Source of the DNA: Mytilus edulis | Taxonomy: Eukaryota | Reading direction: 5' to 3' | NCBI RefSeq assembly: GCF_963676685.1 | Contig: NC_092348.1 | Span: 39,618,001 to 39,682,000, forward strand | DNA length: 64,000 bases | Shown: positions 1 through 12,324 of the stretch, piece by piece | How the letters are laid out: every line of letters starts with the position of its first letter | How positions within the stretch are numbered: the first letter of the stretch is position 1 | The notes under the pieces: model-generated | The model's input: the letters and a program-made list of their open reading frames with translations, nothing else | Databases searched by the model: none | What the model was told of the DNA's origin: nothing | Translations under genes and position numbers: made by a program

Positions 1-57
1 TCATAAGATTAGTGAAAAATCCTTAAGCAGTAACAATTTTAAACACTCAACTCACAA

Positions 58-2639
58 TTTCTCTGTCCTTCAGTTCTATAATGTTTGGCTGCCTCATCAA
101 TTGCAACCAGAAAATCTGGTTTCTTCTTTGCCTTCATTATGCCAACAATGCCCTTCCTGTATTTTTGAAGCCCTTCTGTGAGCAATTCAACGAGGTCATT
201 AGAATCTGTATTGGGTTCAAGGCGCTGGAATTCTTTCAAAAGCTGCAATCAATATTGAAACACATTATGTCATATGCATATATTTTTTTGTAAAATCTTC
301 ATTCATAGTTACATTAAGATTTTTTTCAAACATAATAAAGGTGTGTGCTACTAAATTCATGTTGTTAACTATATAGGGTTAAAATGATGGAAGCATAATC
401 ATTAACATTTTTACATGATATCACATTTACCAGATCAAATTCAATGCCAAGATTGTCCTGCTTGTTTATTATTTGTACTTTTTAATTTCTATCTTTGTTA
501 TGTTTGCCTTAAATAGTCAATAGTTTTCTTACAATCATCTTTTAAATTTAAAACAATATTTTTTTCCTACCTCATGTCTGGATGTAAGCCATGGATAAAG
601 CTCAACCAGATCTCTGACACTTATTTTGTCTTCCACTATTTGCCTACGCCTGTATGGGAATGTTAAGTCCATTTTTCTGTTGACATTTTCCAAGTCTTGA
701 TCTGTTTTTTTATACTCTCTTTGAAGCCATTTTGTATGTATGTCTAAAGATGTTTCATCTTCTGTATCTGGAATGTCAGGAAGGTATCTACCTAACCCCC
801 AGGTAAAGTTGTTTTTGTTTCCTTCTGACTTCTTCTCCTCGGTTATTACTTTCTTTTTCCTTAACTTGACATCCGGATGATTTTTGTCTAACAGCTTTCT
901 TGCATTTCCAAATTTGTAAAGAACTTTGTCTTTCCAGAACTCCTTTAAATATTTCAAATAATTAAATATCAATAAAAGAACAGCATTCAAATATCCCCCT
1001 CTTGAGCCCAGTTTAATTTTTTAGAATGAATTAACGTACAAGTCTCTCACAAAAAACAAATTTCAAACTTATTCAATACATCTGTGCTAGTAACATCGGA
1101 CATATATATTCTTAAATATATTGAGAAATGTAGACATGACAATGCTTTTAAGGTTTGGACCGATAGACAGATGCCCAACAGTTCTATGTTATTGTATCTG
1201 AATATGTTATTTCTATTTGAGCTAGTGACTACTATACTTAGTGTTGGATAAAGTAATGATAATATTCTATAAATTTCATAAATGTGTGGCACTTACTCTT
1301 GCTGATGAAGGAGGCAATCCACCATATGTCAAAAGATATGGAAATTCCCTTATCAACCCATCAACTACATCTTCGTACATTTCAGATGTTGGATACCTAA
1401 AAAAAAAAGATAAATAATTTTAATTATTTTTGTTAAGCTTTTGTATAAATGCATGTATCTCCGATCTTTACCATACATGGAACAAATAAGACTATAATTC
1501 TTTTAAATATGTGTTTTGCACTAAAAGCCAATGTTTTTTTTGTAAATTTGTGTTTCATAAGATATTATGTTTAATGTTATTTGCTTTGAAGTTTTAGTCC
1601 TATCAAAGATTTCTTTTTTGTTGAATTCAAACTTGTACAGTTACACTGTTCAGATAAAGTTTAATAGCTTACATTCCTCCAGCATACTTTGTCACATCAT
1701 TGTATATTACATCCAGGAAATGGCGTCTTTCAGATGTTGTTAGCTCCTCCTTTGCTTCAAGTTTGGACAGAACAGACCTAGACAGTTGTGGTTTTGAGAT
1801 TTTATACTGTCTGCACCAAGTTTTGCTGAAAAAAATAAATCATATAAAGAAATCTTTTCATAAACTGACAGCAATTTATTTTGAAACATATCTTGAAACA
1901 CAATTTTAAATAAGAAGTAAATGATTGCATGAAATATTTTGTTGATAATATCATTATATTTTCATAAAAGTAGTTTTTTTGAATTACATTGTATAAGTTT
2001 TGAGGGTACATAAAAACATGCTTTATTTCATCATTCTCAGCTTTATATATGAAAAGACATACAGCTGACAGGGCAATATACCTACCTAGAGTACTTGGAT
2101 GCTGAGCTAGTACTGGGAGTATCTTGTCTGCTCAATGACGGTAATGTCAGATCTCCTCCACCAGGGGATTGACATGTATCAGGCCTACTGGAGGTCTCTG
2201 CTCTACTAGATGGAGTTTGCGGTCTATCAACAGGAGTCTGTGACCTACTGACCGGAGTCTGAGGTCTACTGACTGGAGTCTGAGGTCTACTGACTGGAGT
2301 CTGAGGTCTACTATTTATAGACGGTGTCCCTGGTCTACATGGTGTACTTGGTTGAGTAGGTGAAGGTGGCATGTCAGAATCTTGACAGTTTTCATCCTCA
2401 TTCAGAAGCTGAGTCTCCTTAACTCTTAATTTTAAGACCTTTAATGTTGCAATACATTCATCTGCATCCCTGTCGAAATCAACCCAGTCATCAACATCCT
2501 GATCATAATACTTTATATCTGGAGATTGGACTTGAAATCTTTCCTTTATCAGTTTTAATAGAGTATCATGACTCATGTCATGAACTGCAATTTTTTTGTT
2601 TTGGGTCCCATAGTTCACCACAATAAACTTGTTTTCCAT
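58..2639 (-). CDS. Spliced accessory gene of the EnSpm element, SAMD3-like C-terminal region; partial (3' end outside window)
   Basis: GT-AG exons with compatible phases: 2639-2086, 1825-1673, 1396-1297, 942-571, 242-~58. Translation contains a PB1-like start (KYYDQDVDDWVDF), an SRPQTPV repeat tract, then MYPTSEMYEDVVDGLIREFPYL..EFWKDKVLYKFGNARK..KMDLTFPYRRRQIV..YPWL. Confidence 0.75.
2215..2312 (-). repeat. 21-bp coding tandem repeat (SRPQTPV x4-5)
   Basis: Repeated ggagtctgaggtctactgact units inside exon 1 of the accessory gene. Confidence 0.85.
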
Positions 2640-3322
2640 TTCGAATCTAAACATTAAAAAGAAGAAAAAAAGACCCTTAGTAATAATAAAAATAAATAAA
2701 CTGTACAAATTATCATATGCACAATAGTTTTTTTCTATGAATAATGATAATATACTGTGTACATTTTCTTCCTCATATACAGATTGATAAAATACCTACA
2801 TTTACTATATATATATATTCATGTACAAAATTTTAATTATTGAATAGGAGCAAATTTGAAGTACATGTTTTTTTCATTTTGATGACTTTCTGAATGTGAA
2901 AAAATCTAAATCAAGCAGAAAATAAAACTAACAGCCCAAAAAAATGCAAATATCTCACACTGACCAAACAGCCTATAAATAGAATACTGTCTACTCTAGA
3001 AACTGCAGGACTGACATTTGCAAGAAATTCGAAATCAATTGTATTTGAAAGTAAAACAAAATGACCATAATATACATATAACACTAATATGACTAATCTG
3101 ACTATATTACAACCTGTGCACATCAAAAACTGTACCGTCTACCTGCAGTTTAAGGTGCAGAGTAGTAAAAACTACTAGCTTATGTAACAGTATAATACAC
3201 ATACAAATGTACATGTATATAGAATATACAATAAACCATTCAGACCAGCAGGAATTAACTCGCAGATACTCTAGCTTTTGGGTTATTGTGCAGCATCATT
3301 TGAAAAATACTAATAGAAGAAC

Positions 3323-5761
3323 CTATACAATCACTTTATACTTTGGAACAACCAACTTCCACCTATGGGCATGATTTGGGTGGTCATAGATACCTAAAGG
3401 ATTAGTTTCTGGCACATCTGAAACCTTGTACACCTCACAATGACCTGTATTTTCAACAGCAAATGCATGATAATGCCTTTCAAATCCAACTGTTCTAAGT
3501 TTTTGACATAAGAGGAAGGGTTTTCCATGAATTATTGCACAGTGCAAAATCTTGCTAAATTGACACAAAAAACCTTGCAACCCTATCACTATACAAGTAT
3601 TCTTCCAATAAGTTATTCCAAGACTTTTAACTGAGTTACATAGAAATATTTCATCTCCTTGTACAACACCTGCCAAAAGACGTTGAAATTCATTATCCAA
3701 CAATACTAAAGGTACAGTAGACCCACCTGTGGAGTCACAATCACCTGATGACAGAAATTTCCCACCCGTATTGTATGAACTCATATAGTATTGATGTCTC
3801 TCAGCTAATGACTTGCACATATTTTTCCTATTCTTTGACCTATAAACCAATTCCTTGAAGTAGTTATGCTTTGCCTCAAAACGCAAGGTTTGAAGATGAA
3901 GAAGTGGTCCAAATTGTTTGATCATGTTTGGGTAATGCAGTGTATAATGAAATTTAGGTTTCACAGTTACATCAGGGAAACAAGTGCGATAACATTCATG
4001 AAATTCATTTATAACATCTGCCATGGACAAAAGATGGCCAGGGTCCAAAGCAGGTGCACATACATAAAATAGCATATCTCTTAGTAACAGAAATGACTCC
4101 CATGTAAGATCATTCAAAGGAACTTTATGACCAACAAGCAAGGGCAGAATTCTTGCAAAACACCAAGTTTGGGAAGCTGACTGATGAACTTTGAAATTTC
4201 TTAGGACATTGTTTACCCTAATAGGTTTGTTTTTTTTATCCACCTCTGAAAATTTAAGGCTTGCTAATTCCTCATTCAATTCTGCAAGACTAAAGAAACC
4301 CTCAACCACACAGTACTTTATAACGTTTGTCATGACTTCACAAACAACTCCTTCAAACAAGTCATGTGCAATATCAGATGGCATTCCACCGACAACATGA
4401 AAATGTCCAAGTTTATTCAATGTTGAAGAACGCTTAATTCCATAAACACTGGCTAAGGCAGGGTCAGCTTGTACAAGTCTTGCTTGGTTATTATACATCT
4501 CAGGTGTACGCATGTGGAAATTTGAACAATCATGTTTGGTTTGCATGTGGTGTTTGTCAATGAAACAGAATCGACAATTCCTTAGTGTTGTAAATGACTC
4601 CATGTAGCCCCCTATACCATGGGCACCAAGATTGTCAGCAATAACAACACTAACAGTTCCATAAAAATGGTGATCAACATTATGTTTAGAGACAGTGATA
4701 CCATTGGTTTCTAAGGATTGAAGATCATTAATCAATGGATCCAAGATTTTTTCAAAACCATTATGCTTCAGTGTTGTAGAATGGCAGAGGGCTACCAACT
4801 GAATGCAGTGCAATTGGGACCTAAATTTGGGTGGAAGGTTACCAAGAAGCATATAAAAACCAGCTATTTTATAATTCTTAACTTGATGACCAAGAGGATT
4901 GACAGCAGTAAATTCATCAAAAAACAACATGATTTGAAGTGCATCAGGGTTGTCAATAAAAAATTGATTAGTTGAATATATATTACCATCGCAAAAGTCT
5001 CTCAAAATGCCATCAGTGGATTTGTGATTGTTCATCACATATGCAAAAACATCATCATGTGATAATAAATTCTGTAATGTGTCTATAATTGGAACATATT
5101 GGTATGTTTCAATATGATTCCTGTCTGGTTTATATTCAATGGGTTTAACAAAATTTAAATGAAATCTTGCAAACTTGTTAATTTTATACTCAGAATCAAG
5201 ATTGCTAAGGGCATTTTCAATCTCGGATTTTTCATTAAGAATCTGCTTAAACTGATCAACCTGGATAGCATTGAACTCATTATTACCTACTAATTTATTT
5301 AAAGAATGTGATACACTTGCTTGGTGATGATTTATCATTGATTGGAATTCATTAACAACGATAGGTAAAACTTTTGCTGGAAGCTTATAATTTTCACGAA
5401 GTTGTATCAAAAATATACCAATATTTTTCTTAAAATCAATTTGAGAGAATTCAGTGTCAACAACATTATTGCCAGCATCATCTATCAGTTCATCTTCATT
5501 TTCATGAACTTCCATTAAACAATCAGCAATATCAGCACTTCTATTTTCTTCTCTTAATTTTGAAAAGTGGGTCTGATAAAACTCTTTATGTTTTCTTTTT
5601 ACATGTTTAAGATAAGAATCAACATTTTGATACTGTTTTTCACACCCTTCAATAGAACATGTTAAGAAGAATCCATGTTCATGCCCATGTGTGAAGCGAT
5701 AGTGGCTTATAAGTTTTGAAAAAAATCTTACTTCTTGGTTGCATTTTGAGCATAAAAACAT
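3323..5761 (-). CDS. EnSpm/CMC-type DDE transposase with N-terminal C2H2 zinc fingers (812 aa, uninterrupted)
   Basis: Two N-terminal C2H2 fingers (CSKC..HYRFTH; CSIEGC..HVKRKH). Motifs FFDEF-x-NPLG, IADNLGAH, CRFC, PSDIAHDLFEG, KPKFHY..HY..GPL and RFEAKH are typical of animal EnSpm transposases. Confidence 0.88.
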   Translation of the reverse strand: MFLCSKCNQEVRFFSKLISHYRFTHGHEHGFFLTCSIEGCEKQYQNVDSYLKHVKRKHKEFYQTHFSKLREENRSADIADCLMEVHENEDELIDDAGNNVVDTEFSQIDFKKNIGIFLIQLRENYKLPAKVLPIVVNEFQSMINHHQASVSHSLNKLVGNNEFNAIQVDQFKQILNEKSEIENALSNLDSEYKINKFARFHLNFVKPIEYKPDRNHIETYQYVPIIDTLQNLLSHDDVFAYVMNNHKSTDGILRDFCDGNIYSTNQFFIDNPDALQIMLFFDEFTAVNPLGHQVKNYKIAGFYMLLGNLPPKFRSQLHCIQLVALCHSTTLKHNGFEKILDPLINDLQSLETNGITVSKHNVDHHFYGTVSVVIADNLGAHGIGGYMESFTTLRNCRFCFIDKHHMQTKHDCSNFHMRTPEMYNNQARLVQADPALASVYGIKRSSTLNKLGHFHVVGGMPSDIAHDLFEGVVCEVMTNVIKYCVVEGFFSLAELNEELASLKFSEVDKKNKPIRVNNVLRNFKVHQSASQTWCFARILPLLVGHKVPLNDLTWESFLLLRDMLFYVCAPALDPGHLLSMADVINEFHECYRTCFPDVTVKPKFHYTLHYPNMIKQFGPLLHLQTLRFEAKHNYFKELVYRSKNRKNMCKSLAERHQYYMSSYNTGGKFLSSGDCDSTGGSTVPLVLLDNEFQRLLAGVVQGDEIFLCNSVKSLGITYWKNTCIVIGLQGFLCQFSKILHCAIIHGKPFLLCQKLRTVGFERHYHAFAVENTGHCEVYKVSDVPETNPLGIYDHPNHAHRWKLVVPKYKVIV

Positions 5762-6345
5762 TTTGAAAAAACTGTATCAAAAATGCATATGAGTTTCTTA
5801 GACTTTTAGAAAAAGAATCATGATTTGTACATGTATACAAGTATGTAACATTTATGTTGATGACTGGTTGATTAAAGTGACAATTCTGTTCTAAGAATTC
5901 TGGTGATTTTTCTGAACCTGAAATTATACAGAATTCCATAACACTTCATGCACATGCTATTTATATTAATTAATATCTATTTACTGGAACTATAGATTAG
6001 ACTGTTAACGTTGGTTTTCCCATTTGAATGGTTTTACTAAAGTAATTTTTGACGCCCTTTAAATCTTGCTGTTCGGTGAGAGCCTAGGTTCCGTGTTGAA
6101 GACTGTACCTTTATCTATAATGGTTTACTTTTATAAATTGTGACTTGGATGGAGAGTTTTCTCATTGGCACTAATACCTCATTTTCCTACATCTAATAAG
6201 TATTTCAAGTAAAAGAGTTTAACGAGTGTCATTCATGTATGTTTTAATTTTATATTATACAAAATGCAATATACTGCTATAAAGAGAGCAAAAAAAATAA
6301 CTTGTCCCAGAGGCATGTATAAAGTATTTTCATTTAGCATAATTT

Positions 6346-6786
6346 TCAAAATTTTTGTCTTCTGATTTTAGCTAATCTTGACTGTAACAGTTTGTATTCT
6401 TTCCATCGAACTATCAAAGGATCTGTAGCCTCTGTTCTTTCCCATGAAAAGGACTGATTTGACTTAACACTGCTTGCATACTTGCAACTTTCATTTTCTG
6501 ATAATGACACTTTAAATGGAGAACTACATGAACTTGAACTAAAGGTTGAGTTATAGTTTCCTACAGAACTTTCTGTCCCAGGTTTAGGGAGTGACACTTT
6601 ATTTTCCCTTTTGCATCCTAAATTAACATCTTTAGGGTCAATTGACTCTGCACATAGAGTAGTCACATTAATGTTACAAGTTTCAAGCTCCTTTTCTTTA
6701 TCATTTCTGGTTTTGGTTTTCAATTTTTTTACTTGTTTTCTTCTTTTCAAATATTCCCTCCTTTTAGTTTTATCATGTTTACCCAT
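6346..6786 (-). CDS. Small basic ORF (146 aa) inside the EnSpm element, unknown function
   Basis: ATG-initiated ORF just after a splice-acceptor-like site. Lys/Arg-rich N-terminus and Ser-rich middle, no recognisable domain. Confidence 0.35.
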   Translation of the reverse strand: MGKHDKTKRREYLKRRKQVKKLKTKTRNDKEKELETCNINVTTLCAESIDPKDVNLGCKRENKVSLPKPGTESSVGNYNSTFSSSSCSSPFKVSLSENESCKYASSVKSNQSFSWERTEATDPLIVRWKEYKLLQSRLAKIRRQKF

Positions 6787-8139
6787 ATTAACCTACATAT
6801 AAGGGAAAGAATAAGAAAATTTAGTACATACATGTATATCCTATAATTAAATTTGTGACACATACATATACCATTTGAGATTTGTAGTGCACATTGAGGT
6901 TGCGGGGTGGTAGACATTTATTAATTTTATTTAGATCTTATATAAATATATAGTTATTTAAATCATTAAATCATGTTGGGATGGGATACAAAATTTGGTG
7001 ACATCATGTGTTATAAAGCAGAAAAACTTATTAAAAAAAAATAATAATCCATCATCCTACATGTAAATAATATATATGTAAAAAAAAATACAAATTTTCA
7101 AGCTTTTTCTGTTGTTTACATGTAGTCTGATTGTTATTGTCATATGTGAATGCATTTGTGCACTCACGATGCAAGTGTACATCTTCATGGTACATGTATG
7201 TCATAATTAAATTCTGTTGTGCTTTAAAATGTTTCTTGATATTATATTTCATAAGTAATTATTGAAGATATACCATGTAATAACATCCCATATCTGTTAG
7301 TTTTGATGGGTTCATATTACACTCCATGGGCGCAGCCATATTAATTTCATAACGAGGCGTCTTCAATTATATAATTTTAAAACGTTTCGGATTCAAGTTA
7401 CGGTTTTCTATGGTGAACGTTAAAAAGAATTATAACTATTATTGAAATTAGTTTTCTTATATAAAGAGAAACAAAGCATAAAAAAATAAAAGAGACAGAA
7501 TATGTTACCGCGCATCTCGTTCCCAAATATAGGTCATTAAAATGGCGCCCGGCTGTGGGGTGCCGTCTGACCGTGTTAGACTAATACTGGTCAATCATCG
7601 GTGTTGCACATTTAATAAACTTGATAAAATTGAAGCATATAACACATAAAATTAAAAAAATATCATTGCTAGACATATTTGCAAATCAAACTGATTAATT
7701 TTTATAGATTAAGCTTGTTCCACGTGTTACTGGTGCTTTGTTTTTCTCAAGGTTGAGTTGACCATCTTATGATGTACAATTACGTGAAAATACGAGATGC
7801 TGTGGATCTTTTTTGTGTGTAAAACAAGTTAATACTATAAAATACCATACCATTTAGTTATAATACTTACGGCTTTCCAAAAATCTCAATGAATCAGGCT
7901 GATAATACTCAATTGTATACTTGATTGCGGTCTTCACTTCATGTGCAACAGAAGCCACGCGAATATGATATCGTCCGGCGGAAAATCCTGTTATCAGTTG
8001 CACAGCTGGTGCCTGGTAATATGATGCATCCACGATAGTAAACATACTAGTCTAATTAGTACTCTTATAATCTACTAGGGACTTTTAAAGAAGTACTAGC
8101 CAAACTAGTAGTCTCTACTAGGTAATTTTTTCAGTGAAG

Positions 8140-8765
8140 ACGATATGTTTGGCCTGACATTCCTGCTGCCGTCGTTGATAGCAAAAAACACCAAATTGGC
8201 TGTTACTTAATTGGTTATCCATAATTTTTGTAAGCCAATCATTTATAGTTGCATAACATATTTTTGCAAAATTATTATCAAAGAGACTCCTCTGTAGTCA
8301 CTGGGATCATTTTAATCACCAGTCTTATGTAATGTCTGTAATGGGATCAAAAATTAGTTTCTCCATGTTTTACGATATTTCCCCGTCTGCAGGATAAGAT
8401 TAAATATCTTTACATAATTTTTAATCATAAAAGGGTTAGAATATTTGATAACTTCATATATAATTTTATCTGGGCCAGCAACTTTCCCTAGTTTTAGTCT
8501 ATTAATAACTTTTTTTTCTGAGAAACTGAATGGTTTATCTGTTTCTTAATTTTCTATTTTTTTAAGGTTATTTTTCTAATTCCCTTTGGAAGGTAGCGTT
8601 AATTTGAGTTGGACTTCCTTGATTTATAAAGTGTTTGATCAATTCATCTTCTTCTTTTAATATTTTGTGGATATCTTCCCTTTCATCTGTTTTAAAAGAT
8701 TTTAGTATGTTCAAATATTCTTTTGGACTATTACCATTATTTTGAGAAAATATTTTTTGCTGATA
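8140..8765 (-). pseudogene. LINE ORF2 relic (start of RT domain)
   Basis: Broken frames give LKLGKVAGPDKIIYEVIK, KTGD*NDPSDYRGVSL and SNSQFG, the canonical pre-RT/RT-1 motifs of non-LTR elements. Confidence 0.7.
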
Positions 8766-9460
8766 TTCAATTTGCACATGAAAAATAAGCAAAAGTTTCA
8801 AACTCAATAAACCATGTCTAAGGGGACGGGGCCCAAAAGTTTCATAGAAATAAGATACGCCGATGTTTATACAACTGCATACTAACTATCATTAACTTAC
8901 CTCTAGTGTTTCCCCATAAACTGACATAATCACGAACTAATACATGAAAACTAAGCAAAAGTTTTAAAGTTAATAGACCATAACTAAGAGGGCGGGTCCA
9001 AATAATCTCAATGGTAATGAGATGTGCCAATGCTCATACAACTGCATACCAATTATCATTAGCTTACCTCTAGTGGTTCCCCATAAACTAGACCTAATCA
9101 CAAACTAATACATTGATGACGCCGGAAACAGCATACCTTCTTGAAAATGACGTTTGGTATGATTGCAAAGGAGAAAACTATCTGGCAGAGAGGAGATGAG
9201 ATGAGATGATATTATACAGTCTTCAACAATGAGAAAACACATATCGGTTAAACGTTATAAAACGGAAAGCCCCTTATCAAATGGTAAAATCAAAAGCTCA
9301 AACACATCAAGAGAATGAAAACCAATTGTCTTATTCCTAACTTGGTACATACATTTTCTTTTGTAAAAAATGGTGGATTGAACCTGGTTTTATAGTGTAT
9401 GAAAGAGGGACGAAAGATACCAAAAGGGACAGTCAAGATAGTCGCACCATATTTCAACAT

Positions 9461-10373
9461 AGTCCACCTCAAACTAATTGCAACAAAAAATGCTTTAATT
9501 CTAATCTATAGCATTTTGCCCCAAATATACACAGAAAAAAATCCCATAAAATCTAACTTGAGGAAAACTAAAAAAATCAGCATTTTTAATTTCTTATGGT
9601 TATTAACATTGGAAAGGGAGATAACTCCGCAAAAATTAGTCTTTTTTGTCAGTTTTTTGTTAACCTTCTTAAAATTCATGTAAAGTAAAATACTTTGATG
9701 GGGTTTTTATAAGTTATTATTTGACTATATCATCTAATCTTCTGCTCATGACATGTACAAAACCGAAATGTTGTGGGTATTTATTTTTTTTGCACATTTT
9801 TCATAAAAAAAAATTGCAAATTTATTGCTTTTTAATCATTTTAAAAAAATAATGTGAATATTAGGTATTGTTTATATCGGTTAATTACATTTGTTCAGCA
9901 TCTAGCTTGTTAAAAGACATTTTTAACCACAAAAAAAGGAATTTATGCTTAATTATCTTATTAAATTTGAGATTGTTTACCTTGACATGCTGAAACATCT
10001 AATAAATGGTGAAATATAGGTTTTAGCTTGATAAAAGATATGAAAACACGTTTCGAGTTTTTGGTAATAATCTATAAAGACGGCTTAAAATCAAGAATCA
10101 ATAAATTCCATTGAAAAGAACGGTTAAAGTTATAATTTTGTATCAATTTTTATTGATATTTCTGTTGGTTTTTTTTGGCAGAATTATCTCCCATGTCAAT
10201 GCAAATCTCCATAGGAATTTTAAAATATCTTTTTTTAAAGTTTCCTCAAATAACGATATTTTTGAACCTTTTTCTGTGTGTATTTGGGGTATAGTGCTAA
10301 CGATTAACACATTAAAATCTTCTCATGAAATACTTCAAGGTTAGGGTCAATTTTAACCTATATTGACTAGACT
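9461..10373. mobile_element. Non-autonomous TIR element (MITE-like) with long degenerate inverted arms
   Basis: TAGTC...GACTA termini. 9500-9640 (ccccaaatatacacagaaaaa..tgaggaaa..gggagataa) is the reverse complement of 10170-10305 (ttatctccc..tttcctca..tttttctgtgtgtatttgggg). Confidence 0.55.
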
Positions 10374-11050
10374 AAGATATTTACAACAATGTGTGAACAA
10401 AAAAGATACAATATAGGTAAAAATGTCAAAAATACATTAGTTGTCATTGTGTTATAATCTTCATTCCTAAAAAAAAATATATATTAATAAAAAATAAAGA
10501 AGGACAAAAATGGCAATAGACCAAGCATATTAGCAAACATTAAAGACAATACAAAAATTAACCATGGTACAATAACACAATAAAGAGATGTATAAGTACA
10601 GGGCCACGTCATATATGTAACAAAGGACATAAAAAAGCATATAGACAAAGCACATTGCAAAAATGTAGGACAAGCAACAAACAAGTTTTCAAAGTAACAT
10701 TAAAAGGCGTCTAGAAAAAGCACAATTGAAAGACAAGAATTCGAGAATAACTTTAACAATAATGACAGGACGGAATAATAACACTAGCGTCCAAATAACC
10801 AAATCTTTAACAAAGAAGCACAATAAGGCATACAGACCATCGAAAGCATCGTCGGACCGCACCCAATAAAATCACGCTTCCGGTGACACGCGGCGAGATT
10901 TTCTTGTCCGCTATTTTATGCGTTCCCTAAAAATCGGCCTTTCTAATGTGATTTCGTTTAATTAAAAAAAATATTATCAGACGATTAAAAGGCTCACTGG
11001 CTTGTCCCCTACTGCCTAAACCCTTTAAATTTGAAGATTTTGTATCTCGA

Positions 11051-11256
11051 TTGTCATCTCCGTTGCGTTAGTCTCCGGAAGTTCATTTTTCCTCTGTTTT
11101 TGACGCATTCGCCGGAAACACATGTTGTAAACTAACACGAGTTTCCTCCGTTTTGTCATCTCCGTTGTGTTCGTCTCCCGAATTTCTTTTTTCCTCGGTT
11201 TTTGACGCATTCGCCGGAAACACATGTTGTAAACTAACACTAGTTTCCTCCGTTTT
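11051..11256. repeat. ~102-bp tandem duplication
   Basis: ttgtcatctccgttg...gacgcattcgccggaaacacatgttgtaaactaacac occurs at 11051 and 11153. Confidence 0.85.
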
Positions 11257-11599
11257 TAAGATGGGGCCGTGCCTGGTCAAAAACGAAAGGCTGATGATCA
11301 AAGTACAGCACGCAAAAAAAAAGTTGAGACATTGAAAGCAGGTGAGAAAAAGCGTGGTGTCAGGAAATTTTTGTGACAAATGGAGACAAGCTAGAGACTA
11401 GTTGTAAGGAGATGAGGAGTGTGAAAATGATTTCAGCTATGAGTATGAAGTCGGGATGAATCCATGAACTCAAATAAAATACTACATTATGCTACAGTGA
11501 GGTAAATTTAAAAAAAGTCTTAAAAAATGAAGTTTTATTCAATGTGTTTAAACATGCAAAAGTGCTGTACAATACAGTAGTTTAGGTTTATTCATTTAT

Positions 11600-12125
11600 G
11601 CTTCATTTCTTTTATTTCCTTAAGTAATTTCAAACATGAAATACAAAGCGTCAATAGCTGGGTCAATATACTTAATTGTGTCTTTCCTTAGGCGGTAATG
11701 GTAACGTTTTTTTTCTTGTAGCTTAGTCCATATCGTAAACTTGGATATGTATGATAGCTTGTATTGAAGCTTTGACATTTTCACATATGTTTTTAAATAT
11801 TGGGGGTACGAAGTGAAATTACTTTTTTCCGTAAATAAGCATACCCGTTAATTCCAACGTGATGCGGCTTCTCGAGGTAAAAAATCGTAAAAAATCCTTT
11901 TTTACCACAATAATTTTTTTTTTAATTTAATACTTTGAACAACAGCTCCATAGCTTTACCATATATAATATATTTCTCTGCTTTCCAAATCACCACAAAT
12001 GGTTTTGCTCAGTAATTTGTGAAAAAAAGAAACATATCCAATATCACTAAACAGAGATGTTTTTGTTTACACAAAACTTTTGAGTTCCTCATTTTGAGGC
12101 GCATTAGAGATATTAACCCATATTA
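11600..12125 (-). pseudogene. Orphan family B last-exon copy
   Basis: Co-linear similarity to 42560-43095 (ggcggtaatggtaacgtttt..ccatatcgtaaacttg..gacattttcacatatgt..gcataccc..tttgtttacaca). Confidence 0.65.
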
Positions 12126-12324
12126 AATTAAATAAATAAATAAAGCTCTGAATTTTCAAAATATTCTTGTGTGATCTTCATATGTATGACTTTTTGAATA
12201 AATCTGTGTAATTTTGTCTATTTCTGAAAAATAATTTGTTTCAGCACTATAAGGCAATGACCCTTTTGTCGCTATATTTATTTATTTTGAATACAATGTG
12301 TTTGTATAATTAATTAATTTCTTC

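Larger units (their letters stand above)
1..8136 (-). mobile_element. EnSpm/CACTA (CMC) DNA transposon, 5' part (continues beyond window start)
   Basis: Minus-strand terminus reads CACTGAAAAAATTACCTAGTAGAG at 8136, followed by clustered subterminal ACTAG/CTAGT motifs (8045-8122). It encloses a CMC-type transposase ORF and a spliced second gene on the same strand, and abuts a LINE RT relic at ~8140. Confidence 0.8.
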
